A DNA stretch of 63,923 bases, counting the filler, from an uncultured bacterium (GTDB lineage: Bacteria > Hinthialibacterota > Hinthialibacteria > Hinthialibacterales > Hinthialibacteraceae), in assembly GCA_964449065.1 (NCBI GenBank). It is 6 parts of 6 records of this genome, joined end to end, with 100 filler letters (N's around TTAATTAATTAA, not from the genome) between each part and the next. Parts side by side here need not be neighbours in the genome. Positions count along the whole stretch, not along the records: positions 1 to 11,474 come from CAYVAZ010000158.1; positions 11,575 to 22,983 come from CAYVAZ010000159.1; 4 more parts are not named here. One strand, given 5' to 3'. A program made the translations under genes and the position numbers. Shown one piece after another: positions 11,240 through 19,694 of the stretch. Every line of letters starts with the position of its first letter. The stretch's first letter is position 1. The notes under the pieces are model-generated. The model did not search any database. It saw only the letters and a list, made by a program, of their open reading frames with translations, and was not told where the DNA came from.

Positions 11240-11372
11240 TAACTCATGTTACACAACGAAGAGACTGTCGTTGTTATCCCCCCTTATTAAGGGGGGTAGG
11301 GGGGATCAAAGCACGCTTTCAACAACGCAAAATCCCCCGGAGCCTACGGCTCCACCCCCTTACATAAGGGGG
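11240..11372. repeat. GC-hairpin repeat / MITE copy
   Basis: Near-identical to 34345-34438 (TAACTCATGTTAC..gaagagactgtcgttgttatcccc..) and overlaps the motif at 1-52. Confidence 0.85.
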
Positions 11373-11574
11373 TTATTGTACTGCATTTCAAATTTCTCAA
11401 CGTTTTCATACGGGCATTTCTGCTTCCATATTTTGTTGTATTTCTTCTTATTTAGTGACTATCGAAACGGATTTNNNNNNNNNNNNNNNNNNNNNNNNNN
11501 NNNNNNNNNNNNNNNNNNTTAATTAATTAANNNNNNNNNNNNNNNNNNNNNNNNNNNNNNNNNNNNNNNNNNNN

Positions 11575-11625
11575 AAGGACAAATTGCACCTGCTACAAAA
11601 TTACCCTACTTTTGCAACAGGTCTA
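11575..11625. repeat. Left copy of perfect 51-bp inverted repeat, probably an IS end
   Basis: Exact reverse complement of 22933-22983. Confidence 0.9.
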
Positions 11626-11714
11626 TTGATTACGAAGCAATCGCCCGTGATTTAGCAATGGATTACGCCGAGGCCGTTGTTGCCGGTACACGCTACATTT
11701 ACCGCATTGATTAG
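11625..11714 (+). pseudogene. ardA: 3' fragment of ArdA antirestriction protein, cut by the repeat
   Basis: IDYEAIARDLAMDYAEAVVAGTRYIYRID*, matching the typical ArdA C-terminal YIDYxAIARDL motif. Confidence 0.7.
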
Positions 11715-11725
11715 GAGGTGCAGCC

Positions 11726-12016
11726 ATGAAAAAGACAATCAACTGGCAAGGCATAGATATTGAAATCACTTATATTGAAAGCTATTCCAAAGCCTATCTG
11801 GATACCTACGGCGACCATTTGACACATATTGAGTTGAGAGCCGAAGAGCCGTTGCCGGTCACAGAAACCGGCTATCGGTCATATTTCACCCCTGCCCCGC
11901 TTATATCAAATTTTGATACGCCGGAAGATTTCGTTAGGGCTTGGCTCGATCAGGAAGCAGAGCGACCCGCTTGGAAACAATCCCAAGCGAAACGCGACCA
12001 ATATACTTTGTTTTGA
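11726..12016 (+). CDS. Hypothetical plasmid leading-region protein
   Basis: AGGAGG RBS, 96-aa ORF with LPVTETGYRSYF motif. Confidence 0.8.
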   Translation: MKKTINWQGIDIEITYIESYSKAYLDTYGDHLTHIELRAEEPLPVTETGYRSYFTPAPLISNFDTPEDFVRAWLDQEAERPAWKQSQAKRDQYTLF

Positions 12017-12018
12017 TT

Positions 12019-12315
12019 TTAGGCGTTTTCGCCCACAAGCGTCCGGCGTACTGCGTCCGGCTCTTTGTCAATCACGAACAGGAAGTTTTTGGATGCCCCA
12101 GTCGGAACACGCCGCCCCTGCTCCCAATCTTGAATGGTGCGCAGGTTTACGCCAAAATAATCGGCAAAAACGGCTTGGCTCATATTGAGTTTTTTGCGGA
12201 TGCGCCGGACATTGATTTCCTCTGGAATATGAACAACACCGCCCGTTTTCTCGCCTTTAGCAAAGGCAAGGGCTTCTTCCATACCCTTAATAATGCTTTC
12301 GCCTACTTCGCTCAT
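12019..12315 (-). CDS. HigA-like XRE HTH antitoxin
   Basis: IRKKLNMSQAVFADYFGVNLRTIQDWEQGRRVP; coupled to the upstream toxin. Confidence 0.88.
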   Translation of the reverse strand: MSEVGESIIKGMEEALAFAKGEKTGGVVHIPEEINVRRIRKKLNMSQAVFADYFGVNLRTIQDWEQGRRVPTGASKNFLFVIDKEPDAVRRTLVGENA

Positions 12316-12539
12316 TTCTTCTGACTCCTGTATATATTTACAATGGCTCTATATCCGCCACTTTTGCCTTTGTCCTTACCGGCTATTCTTAACTTTCGCA
12401 TCCCGCCAGTGCCGGAAATCTCATCACCTGCATCCGGATTAGAAGCAATCAGATCAACAATCGCCTCGCGTTCTTCATCCGATAAGCCCAATTTCTTGGT
12501 GCATCTAATAAATTCCGGCAGCTCTACAACAGAATGCAT
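12312..12539 (-). pseudogene. RelE/HigB-family toxin, C-terminally truncated (75 aa)
   Basis: NPDAGDEISGTGGMRKLR..GKSGGYR present, then the frame ends without the usual C-terminal strands. Confidence 0.65.
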
Positions 12540-12988
12540 CTTATACCCTTACTATACGGCATTGCCGTAGTTTTATCAAGTTTTTAGGGAAGCTACATAT
12601 GCCCTAATATAGGCTTTCACATACGTGTGTATATCCCTAGCTTGCACTTTTGTACATAGAAATCACATAGCTATGAAAAATAACCTTTTGTATCATGTTG
12701 TGGCTCAAACGCCTGCAATAAAATGCTTTTATTAAAATCCGCGCTTTCAGGATTGTGGTAATAATCAGGTAAATTCAGGCATACATTTGCATTCCATCCC
12801 TTTTCTCTCAAACAGCCCTGGCGTTCTTTTTTTGCTAAGCTAGAGGCACGATCTGATTTTGCAATGACGGATTTTCCCTTGCCCTACCGGTCATTCCTCG
12901 CGGAACAAAATTCTATGCAAAATCATTCCTTCACCTCTGTTCGCCACGCACAAAGATCGCAATGGTGCTGATCTCGAATTAAAGGAGA

Positions 12989-13198
12989 ATGAAAATGAAG
13001 AACACTGAATATAAAGCTTATCTGGTTACACCACGCAAAGAGAAAGACGATTTTTGGAATGGCATTGGTAGCGCATTCCCATTTGAAACTAAAGATGGTC
13101 GTATAGGTTTTAAAGTTCCTTCGCTGAATTTGGTCGTTATCGAACCAAAAGACAATGAGGAAAGCAATCAAGAGCCCCCCGCAGAAGCACAATCATAA
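12989..13198 (+). CDS. Small PC4/DUF736-like putative ssDNA-binding protein
   Basis: AAGGAG RBS; WNGIGSAFP motif and acidic tail. Confidence 0.55.
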   Translation: MKMKNTEYKAYLVTPRKEKDDFWNGIGSAFPFETKDGRIGFKVPSLNLVVIEPKDNEESNQEPPAEAQS

Positions 13199-13229
13199 TC
13201 AACAAATCAGGGGAGGCTGCCCGCCTCCC

Positions 13230-13394
13230 CTTTATTTTTAATAAAAAATAATAAAAAGAGGTTTCACAGGCATGTTTCCCCCCTAATCTCATAAAACATA
13301 GAGTTATCAACACGGTTGCACGCGGTTGCGGGTTGCATAAGGGGCAAAATCCGGTTGCAACTAGGCAGTTGCACGTGGTTGCATTTGTGGATAA
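13230..13394. promoter_or_regulatory. Putative origin or centromere-like region
   Basis: AT-rich tract, six GTTGC(A/G) repeats in 13314-13383, perfect DnaA box TGTGGATAA at 13386-13394. Confidence 0.55.
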
Positions 13395-13494
13395 CTTGGT
13401 GCATATTATATGAAACGATTCTGAATCACTCAGAGAATCGGTCACACTTTGAACCTACCTCTTCCTATTTCAGGAAGTTTTAGAGCCTAAACAT

Positions 13495-13552
13495 AAGAAA
13501 ACCCGCTCGATGGCGGGGTTTCTAAAAATCTTTGGCAATGCGCCGATGTGGT
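13495..13552 (-). ncRNA. Putative counter-transcribed RNA (ctRNA) controlling repC
   Basis: Minus-strand TTGCAT-N17-AATGCT promoter (13587-13559) and terminator hairpin at about 13496-13521, just upstream of repC as in repABC/repC plasmids. Confidence 0.55.
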
Positions 13553-13664
13553 AGTCCAAGCATTGCCGATTTCCGAATCGGATGCAAGTCTTTTTTGCAT
13601 TTTTCCGAACAGATTTTTAGTGCCTCATAAAAGTGCGGTTTTCTCTTAACAAAAGGAGAATCGC

Positions 13665-15014
13665 ATGTTGAACCAAGTTCAAACATCACTGGCTGGCATA
13701 TCCATGCCCGCGATCCCGCCAGCTTCCAAAAAGCCGACCGGAGGCCGCATATCAACCCCGAAAATTCGCTCTTATCTGCGTGATCCTGATAGCGAGGAAT
13801 ACGGCCTCGATCAGGACTATGACCGCTATGAGCTATTATTGCTGGTAAAACGTGCCGGTAAAGCCGCCGGTTTTTCAAGAAGCATGACAGCCCTTCTTGA
13901 ACATTACATCATGTACACGCAGGATATTGACTGGCAGGAAGGCAGCTTCCCTATCGTTTTCAAATCGCTTGAAAACATTGCCCTCGATATGGGGTTATCA
14001 CCGCGCCAGATACAAAACCTAGAAAACCACCTTCACGAAGCCGGTGCAATTACGTGGAATGATAGCGGTAATCACAGACGTTATGGCCGCCGGTGTTCTG
14101 AAACCGGCATGATCGAGTTTGCTTTCGGTGTGGAGTTGACCCCCCTCGCCGCTTTAAAGCCGGTTCTGGAGCAGAAATTGACCGAAAAACAAGCCTATGA
14201 TAAAGCTTGGAAAGAGGCCAAGCGTCAGATTTCTTATTACCGCCGCCAAATTAGAGCCGGACTTGATGCCCTTGAGCAAATCGAGAGCCGTGAGCTGGCC
14301 AAATTAAGCAAGGAATATGATGAAATCAGCCTATCTATCCGCGCCCATATGGACTTAGAGCGTCTTAATGACCTTTTGGCAAGCCATAAAGAGCTGTATA
14401 GTGCGGTAGATAGTCAATTCGATATGAAGAACGAGCCTTGTGAACAAAACAGTGAATTGTCACAAGAAATTTCGCCCAAGGACGTAAATAATTGCGCCCA
14501 CATAGAATCTACAATCCAAAAACAAATCTTTAAAAAGATTACTTGTAGCGACAAGCGCATATGCTTTCAGAAAAGCCGTAGTCGAATTTCGGAACATAAA
14601 ACCGAAAAGCCGGTGCAAACGGATAGTTCAGGAAAACATAGTTTAGTGGAATCCGCAGGATTACAGCATATAACACTCAAACAGCTTCTTAATGCCGCAA
14701 CACCGGAGTTTAAAGATCATATTCCTTTAGCAAATCGGGCTATGGAATGGGGCGATTTTGTTGAAGCGGCCAGTAAACGCAAAGATCACCTTGGCATCAG
14801 TAATGCCGCATGGGGGCGGGCTTGCCAAACCCTTACGCGAAACGGTGCTGCCATCTGCCTTTTGCTGGTCGATCAGGGTGCGCAGCGTGAAGAAAACCGT
14901 GTGAGAAGCCCTATTCGCTACTTTAACGCTATGGTTAGCCGCGCCAAATCCGGCGAGTTGCACTTACAAAAATCAGTTATGGGGATTTTGAAACGGGAGT
15001 ATGAATATGCCTAG
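13665..15014 (+). CDS. repC: Plasmid replication protein RepC
   Basis: DWQEGSFPIVF, DSGNHRRYGRR..AFGVELTPL, LGISNAAW, VRSPIRYF motifs; AAGGAG RBS. Confidence 0.88.
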   Translation: MLNQVQTSLAGISMPAIPPASKKPTGGRISTPKIRSYLRDPDSEEYGLDQDYDRYELLLLVKRAGKAAGFSRSMTALLEHYIMYTQDIDWQEGSFPIVFKSLENIALDMGLSPRQIQNLENHLHEAGAITWNDSGNHRRYGRRCSETGMIEFAFGVELTPLAALKPVLEQKLTEKQAYDKAWKEAKRQISYYRRQIRAGLDALEQIESRELAKLSKEYDEISLSIRAHMDLERLNDLLASHKELYSAVDSQFDMKNEPCEQNSELSQEISPKDVNNCAHIESTIQKQIFKKITCSDKRICFQKSRSRISEHKTEKPVQTDSSGKHSLVESAGLQHITLKQLLNAATPEFKDHIPLANRAMEWGDFVEAASKRKDHLGISNAAWGRACQTLTRNGAAICLLLVDQGAQREENRVRSPIRYFNAMVSRAKSGELHLQKSVMGILKREYEYA

Positions 15015-15691
15015 CGGCCGTCCTTCTGATGCGCTTCTAGAATATCCAGTGCGCTTTGGACTGAATCATGTGCCGGTTTGTTTTCGTTTCCGGCTAGATT
15101 GTTCTTCATTTTAACGTATTGGCAAATTTCTTGGAGCTGGCGTTTATTGGTCGTGATTTCATCGCTCGTATATAAAGGAAGAAAGGCTGTATGTACCGGT
15201 ATGTTATTGATACAGATAACCAGATAATGAAGATTGCGCCGCCAGTGTGGCACTAAATCTTCGGTTCGGCCATTGTTGGAATTATAATAGCTTTTTGACT
15301 CATATGGTTCAGGAGCAAGATTAAAGCTCAAGATTGAATCTTTCAGTGGAAACGACTTATTATTGATAATAATTTCATCGTCATAGACATCAATACTGGT
15401 TTTATACCGGAATTTTAAACGGGGTAATATTCGTATCAGAATATAACGAACACATTTCGGCCCTGCGAAAAACATAAAGACCGGCACAATAAAGGGATCA
15501 TATCCAAAAAATATCGGAAATTCATCGTTAGTTGCGTATTGATGCCCCAGAAACCCTGCTATTCCCCACGCAATAACAAGGCTCATAAGCCCTAAAGAAA
15601 TCCAACGTGCGCCTGTTATTGTGAATTTTTGCTTTGGATTGAATTTAGATTGAGTGGCTATGTAGTAGGAACTTCTTCCCGTGCTTACCAT
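15011..15691 (-). CDS. Hypothetical membrane protein, paralog of 15693-16475
   Basis: Two TM segments; shared PxWR.., P(L/I)YT, YVK motifs. Confidence 0.75.
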   Translation of the reverse strand: MVSTGRSSYYIATQSKFNPKQKFTITGARWISLGLMSLVIAWGIAGFLGHQYATNDEFPIFFGYDPFIVPVFMFFAGPKCVRYILIRILPRLKFRYKTSIDVYDDEIIINNKSFPLKDSILSFNLAPEPYESKSYYNSNNGRTEDLVPHWRRNLHYLVICINNIPVHTAFLPLYTSDEITTNKRQLQEICQYVKMKNNLAGNENKPAHDSVQSALDILEAHQKDGR

Positions 15692-15692
15692 T

Positions 15693-16475
15693 TTATTGTC
15701 CCCCCATAGTCATGCTATTTGGAAGGCGAACAATAGAATCTTCGTATGTTTGCAAAACTTCTAAGGTTTCAGCAAGCCGGTCGCGGGCAACTGTATTATC
15801 TATATTTTTACGTCGTTGCATGGCTTTGACATAGAAGGTTAAAAAGTCTAGCTTTGATTCTGCTTTAAAGGCATCCGCGCCTGTATAAATTGGCACGAAT
15901 ATTTTGGCAACGGTGCTGTCATTGATAATAAAGCTAATATTGTAGAGGTGTTTTCGCCATTCAGGGGTTATGTCTTTGGTATATCCCCGCCATGCCCAAT
16001 AATGCTTTATGGGTTCATGTTGTTCTTTTTGAATGAGGGTTTCAAATATGGAATCTTCTATGGCATAAGTCCGGCCATCTATAACGATTTCATCATCTGT
16101 AATTTTCAGATCAGTGCGGGTTTTCTTCCTTCCAAAGAGCAAAAAGCCAGTAAGAAAACGAAATACAAAATAAAATGCTATCCCCCCTATTATAACAGAT
16201 ATGAAATTGCGCATTTCCTTGTCGTCAGGAAGGTTTTGGTTAATAAAAGCTACTTCATACGTCAAATCAACTAAGGGAAAATATAGCTCTTTTGTGGCAC
16301 TGAAATACGTGAAAGCCAATGCTATAATGATCGAAGCCATTTTCACGCGATCAAGGGCGTGGCTGGATGAAGGGTGATATGGCCAAAATGTTTTTATTGT
16401 CATTTCCAGACTATCATCGTTCCAGATAATTGCCGGAAAGCCTCTCTTCATAAACCGTTTCAAGGTTTCGTTCAT
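15693..16475 (-). CDS. Hypothetical membrane protein
   Basis: Two TM segments; coupled to virD4 (ATGA overlap). Confidence 0.75.
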   Translation of the reverse strand: MNETLKRFMKRGFPAIIWNDDSLEMTIKTFWPYHPSSSHALDRVKMASIIIALAFTYFSATKELYFPLVDLTYEVAFINQNLPDDKEMRNFISVIIGGIAFYFVFRFLTGFLLFGRKKTRTDLKITDDEIVIDGRTYAIEDSIFETLIQKEQHEPIKHYWAWRGYTKDITPEWRKHLYNISFIINDSTVAKIFVPIYTGADAFKAESKLDFLTFYVKAMQRRKNIDNTVARDRLAETLEVLQTYEDSIVRLPNSMTMGGQ

Positions 16476-18070
16476 GACAAATGCTCCTTGAAAAGATCGA
16501 AGAAAAATCTGTTTTCTTTGCTATCGTCATAATGAATTATGCGTTGCAGGATCATCGGGCTGTGCCCGCTATGAATGATAAGTTGCCGGTGCAAGGGATC
16601 ATCTCGCCCGAAATACCGGCTGGCTTCCTCTGCGGAAATCAGGTCTGTAACAGTCAATGAACGTGTTAAACGCTCTATCGGGGCATCTTTGCGCTGTTCT
16701 TGCGGGGTTGTTGAGCCAATTTGTTCAAGAAAAATCGCTGTTTTTCCAACACGCCGTTCTATAAATTCCAGTGTTTTTGTGTCGTTGTTACCAAAAAACT
16801 GGATTATTCCCGAATTTCCGAGGAATGTTTGCCATCTGTCTTTGTATAACGCTTCCAGTTGCCCTAAATCCTGTAGAATCGTCCACATTTTAACCCCGAA
16901 ACCGGCCATAAGCCCCGCCGCCGTTTCGAGCTGTTTCATATAGCCAAGCACTGGAAACTCATCCAGAGCCATTAAAACCGGTGGTTTTTCAAGGCTATGA
17001 TCGACTTCCCCTACTCTTTCCATTGCATCTATGGTGAGATTGATAAAGAGCCTTAGCCATCTGTTACAGGTTTCTAGCTTTGACGCGGGAAGGCACATGT
17101 AGATTGTTGCGCCATTCGGGTTGGTTTTGAGTTCCGATAAATCAAAACTGCGTTCGCCATCACTTAAAACATCTTGCATTTCCCGATAGCGCAAAAAGGA
17201 TAGATGCCGTCTGGCTGTAGAGAGAACAGAGTATTTTTCATTATCTGGACGCTCTGAAAAATCCAGAGCCGCCGCCTGTATATTGAAAGCCACATCGGTC
17301 AAATTGTGATTATTCGATTTTTCACCCTTTGTTTTTAACCGGCTGGCGTTTTGTTGCATTTCGCAGATCAAACCATGAATGCCGGTATGATCGACCTTCT
17401 TGCCGCTTTTGCTTTCACTGCAATCTGTACCGTTGGCGATCAGTTGCCATACCGTTACAAGGTTTCGGTTGTTCTCATAAGCTTTGATTTTCGCTGTGCA
17501 GACGTGAAGGATCACGCCTTCGATCAGTGTTGCCGCAGACATATCCCAATGGGGGTCTTTGCTGTCCGGATTCGGAACAACCAGTGCATCCGTAATAATG
17601 GCGGCATTCTCGATTATATCGGGATCATTTTCCCCCATATTGGAAAGCGGGTTAAAAGAAGCTCTGTAATCGGTTGCATCACCGTTGCAACGCTTATAGG
17701 GATCGAGGATATAAACGTCCTGTCCAAGCCCCCTACCCCGCCGAATGGCCGTTGAGCTGGCCAGTTCTGCTTTAGGATCAATAACCAGTACCGAGCCACG
17801 GTAAAAAACAAGGTTTTGCTTTAATGCAACTGACTTTCCGCTTCGTGATCCTGCGACTGTCGTAATATGCCGGTCGTCATTTATTCCGATCGGTTTTTCA
17901 TCAATGCAACCGAGCAAGATTTTCTTGCCGTGGTCGTCAGGATTATCAATGTTGTATGTTAAACGGGAATCATTCAGGATTTTTTCCAATGGCCGCCATC
18001 TAGCCGTTGGAAGTGTATTTAAAGGCCGCTTTGCTAAATCGCGCGGTAGATCATACAGTAAATCCTTCAT
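16472..18070 (-). CDS. virD4: Type IV coupling protein, VirD4/TraG family
   Basis: Walker A AGSRSGKS, VIDPKAE, LDEFPVLG, QDLGQL..Y. Confidence 0.9.
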   Translation of the reverse strand: MKDLLYDLPRDLAKRPLNTLPTARWRPLEKILNDSRLTYNIDNPDDHGKKILLGCIDEKPIGINDDRHITTVAGSRSGKSVALKQNLVFYRGSVLVIDPKAELASSTAIRRGRGLGQDVYILDPYKRCNGDATDYRASFNPLSNMGENDPDIIENAAIITDALVVPNPDSKDPHWDMSAATLIEGVILHVCTAKIKAYENNRNLVTVWQLIANGTDCSESKSGKKVDHTGIHGLICEMQQNASRLKTKGEKSNNHNLTDVAFNIQAAALDFSERPDNEKYSVLSTARRHLSFLRYREMQDVLSDGERSFDLSELKTNPNGATIYMCLPASKLETCNRWLRLFINLTIDAMERVGEVDHSLEKPPVLMALDEFPVLGYMKQLETAAGLMAGFGVKMWTILQDLGQLEALYKDRWQTFLGNSGIIQFFGNNDTKTLEFIERRVGKTAIFLEQIGSTTPQEQRKDAPIERLTRSLTVTDLISAEEASRYFGRDDPLHRQLIIHSGHSPMILQRIIHYDDSKENRFFFDLFKEHLS

Positions 18071-18108
18071 TGTGCTCTATTAAGCAAAAAAAGAGCGCAA
18101 AAGGCAAT

Positions 18109-18762
18109 CTAGTTTCCGGCTGCCGGTTCAATAGTTGCAGCGTCAATTTTTGCACTCGCAACTGTTAATTGACCGGAATACAAGGCATAGCCCCCTACTC
18201 CGACTATTAACGCAATCACTGCAACTGCAACCATAGCCGTCATATTTCTGGATTTATTTTCGTTTGCCGGTTCTACAGGCTTTTCTTCTTTTTGGGCGAG
18301 TTCTTTTTTGGTTAAGTCCTCGATAAGCCGGTCATGCCTTGAAACGGTATCAATCAGGTTGTTGATTTGGTCTGTGTAATTTTCTTCTTTGCCCCTACGC
18401 TCACGAATATCATCTTCCAGACGGCGATTAGTGTCTGTGAGGGCTTCCAATCTGATTTCAAGTTTCTCTTTTTCGTGCAATGCTTCTTGCAACTCGCCTT
18501 TTAAATCCGAGATTTTAGGGTTTTTGCCGACAGTTGCGGAGCTGTTGCTTTTGGTTGTTTTCTTACCGCCCTTCCCTTTTTGGGAATCTTTAAGCCTCTG
18601 CACTTCGGCGGCAGAAACTTTAAATTCGCCGGTTGCATCATCTTTATCGGCAGAGAAAACCCCGCTTTTATGCCATCTTGAGATAGTAGATTTATTCTTC
18701 CCAAGGATTTCTGCGGTTTCCTGAAAGTTAAAAAATGGCTTGTCTTGTATGTTCAATGTCAT
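18109..18762 (-). CDS. HTH DNA-binding protein with coiled coil and C-terminal TM helix
   Basis: ETAEILGKNKSTISRW HTH, heptad region, hydrophobic MVAVAVIALIVGVGGYALY; start uncertain. Confidence 0.75.
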   Translation of the reverse strand: MTLNIQDKPFFNFQETAEILGKNKSTISRWHKSGVFSADKDDATGEFKVSAAEVQRLKDSQKGKGGKKTTKSNSSATVGKNPKISDLKGELQEALHEKEKLEIRLEALTDTNRRLEDDIRERRGKEENYTDQINNLIDTVSRHDRLIEDLTKKELAQKEEKPVEPANENKSRNMTAMVAVAVIALIVGVGGYALYSGQLTVASAKIDAATIEPAAGN

Positions 18763-19146
18763 GGTTGCACCTAGTTTCATAGCTTGTTGCGCAATTAGAT
18801 ATGCAATCAACTGTACAACTCTACCAAGTTTTGATGGAAAAATGAATCTGGTTTTTCCAAAAATTATGAGAAACCCACATGCAACTATGCGCAACCAATT
18901 TTAAGGGTGTTTTTAATGTGTGATAAGGAAGCGGTTGCGCAACTGGTTGCGCATATGATGTGGAGTAGGGTAGGGCGGTTGCAATACACGGCCAACATCA
19001 AAATCATAATAAAAACAGCACTTTGCGGGAGTGTGATTGCCAGTTGCATAAAATAAGTTACCGTTGCATCCAGTTGCGCAACTAAAAATCGTTTAGTTGC
19101 AACGGGTTATTTGCAACCGTTAAAGTGTTGTTGCAACTTAGTTGCC
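18763..19146. repeat. Dense GTTGCA/TGCAAC/GTTGCGCAAC repeat cluster upstream of the HTH gene
   Basis: More than 12 copies in both orientations within about 380 bp. Confidence 0.75.
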
Positions 19147-19455
19147 TGTGATTCCAAATTGTCGTTTTATGAGCTTGAGCAACCGGTCGGTTTCTTCAAA
19201 TCTCCTATAAGGCTCAGGAATATCCAGGCATTGTATAAATCGTTTGAGGAGTAGGGCGGTTTTTTGATCTTTTTTGAAGTATGCAAGGCAGTCTTCGTAT
19301 TCGTAAGGCTCGATAGGGCGATCCATAGATTCTGTTTGTATTCGTTCTAATTGTTCGATCAAATCCCGCGTATATAGATTATCGGCTTCTTGATCCTTCC
19401 AGGAAGCAAAGGGCATGTTTGCCATGAATTTCTGATATGGGTTAGATGAGAACAT
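19138..19455 (-). CDS. Hypothetical protein
   Basis: ORF 19138-19518; the track's GTG start lies inside a terminator hairpin, so ATG 19455 or a later start is more likely. Confidence 0.55.
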   Translation of the reverse strand: MFSSNPYQKFMANMPFASWKDQEADNLYTRDLIEQLERIQTESMDRPIEPYEYEDCLAYFKKDQKTALLLKRFIQCLDIPEPYRRFEETDRLLKLIKRQFGITGN

Positions 19456-19494
19456 AACAAGAACATTTATCACGTCATATTCTGGAAGGCAATT

Positions 19495-19520
19495 AAAAAG
19501 GGTGGCCTTGTGAGCCACCC
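19495..19520 (-). terminator. Intrinsic terminator of the sRNA
   Basis: 7-bp stem GGGTGGC/GCCACCC followed by U5 on the minus strand. Confidence 0.75.
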
Positions 19521-19538
19521 CCGCATCGTAACGAAATA
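19495..19538 (-). ncRNA. Putative ~43-nt antisense sRNA against the tRNA-like RNA
   Basis: 5'-ATTTCGTTACGATGC-GG-GGGTGGC-TCACAAG-GCCACCC-TTTTT; the first 15 nt are complementary to 19648-19662. Confidence 0.65.
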
Positions 19539-19544
19539 TGAATA

Positions 19545-19574
19545 ATTTTACCTTCTTTAACCGATTAAAGTCAA
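19545..19574 (-). promoter_or_regulatory. Sigma70-like promoter of the sRNA
   Basis: TTGACT-N18-TAAAAT. Confidence 0.65.
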
Positions 19575-19620
19575 GGCGTGAAGCCCTGACTTAGGTGCGG
19601 GCTTGTGACGGGAGGCGGGT

Positions 19621-19694
19621 GCGCCGATAGCTTAATCGGATAGAGCAGCATCGTAACGAAATGCGAGGTGTGGGTTCAAATCCCGCTCGGCGTG
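19621..19694 (+). tRNA. Atypical tRNA-like RNA (Arg-like body, nominal anticodon AAC, no encoded CCA)
   Basis: Acceptor GCGCCGA/TCGGCGT, D arm GCTT-AATCGGATA-GAGC, anticodon arm GCAT(C)-GTAACGA-(A)ATGC, T arm GTGGG-TTCAAAT-CCCGC. Confidence 0.8.

Noticed and set aside
11271..11522. ORF MLSPLIKGGRGD.. and ORF 6442-6693
   Set aside because: Translations of palindromic repeats.
11475..11574. TTAATTAATTAA inside N runs (also near 23028, 34483, 45905, 57309)
   Set aside because: Artificial contig linker with stops in all frames. ORFs running into it and cross-gap neighbourhoods are artefacts.
19648..19662. Reading the tRNA-like RNA as Thr(CGT), or as an att duplicate of tRNA-Thr at 44019
   Set aside because: Placing CGT at the anticodon position destroys the stem, the body differs from the 44019 tRNA, and no integrase is on this contig.
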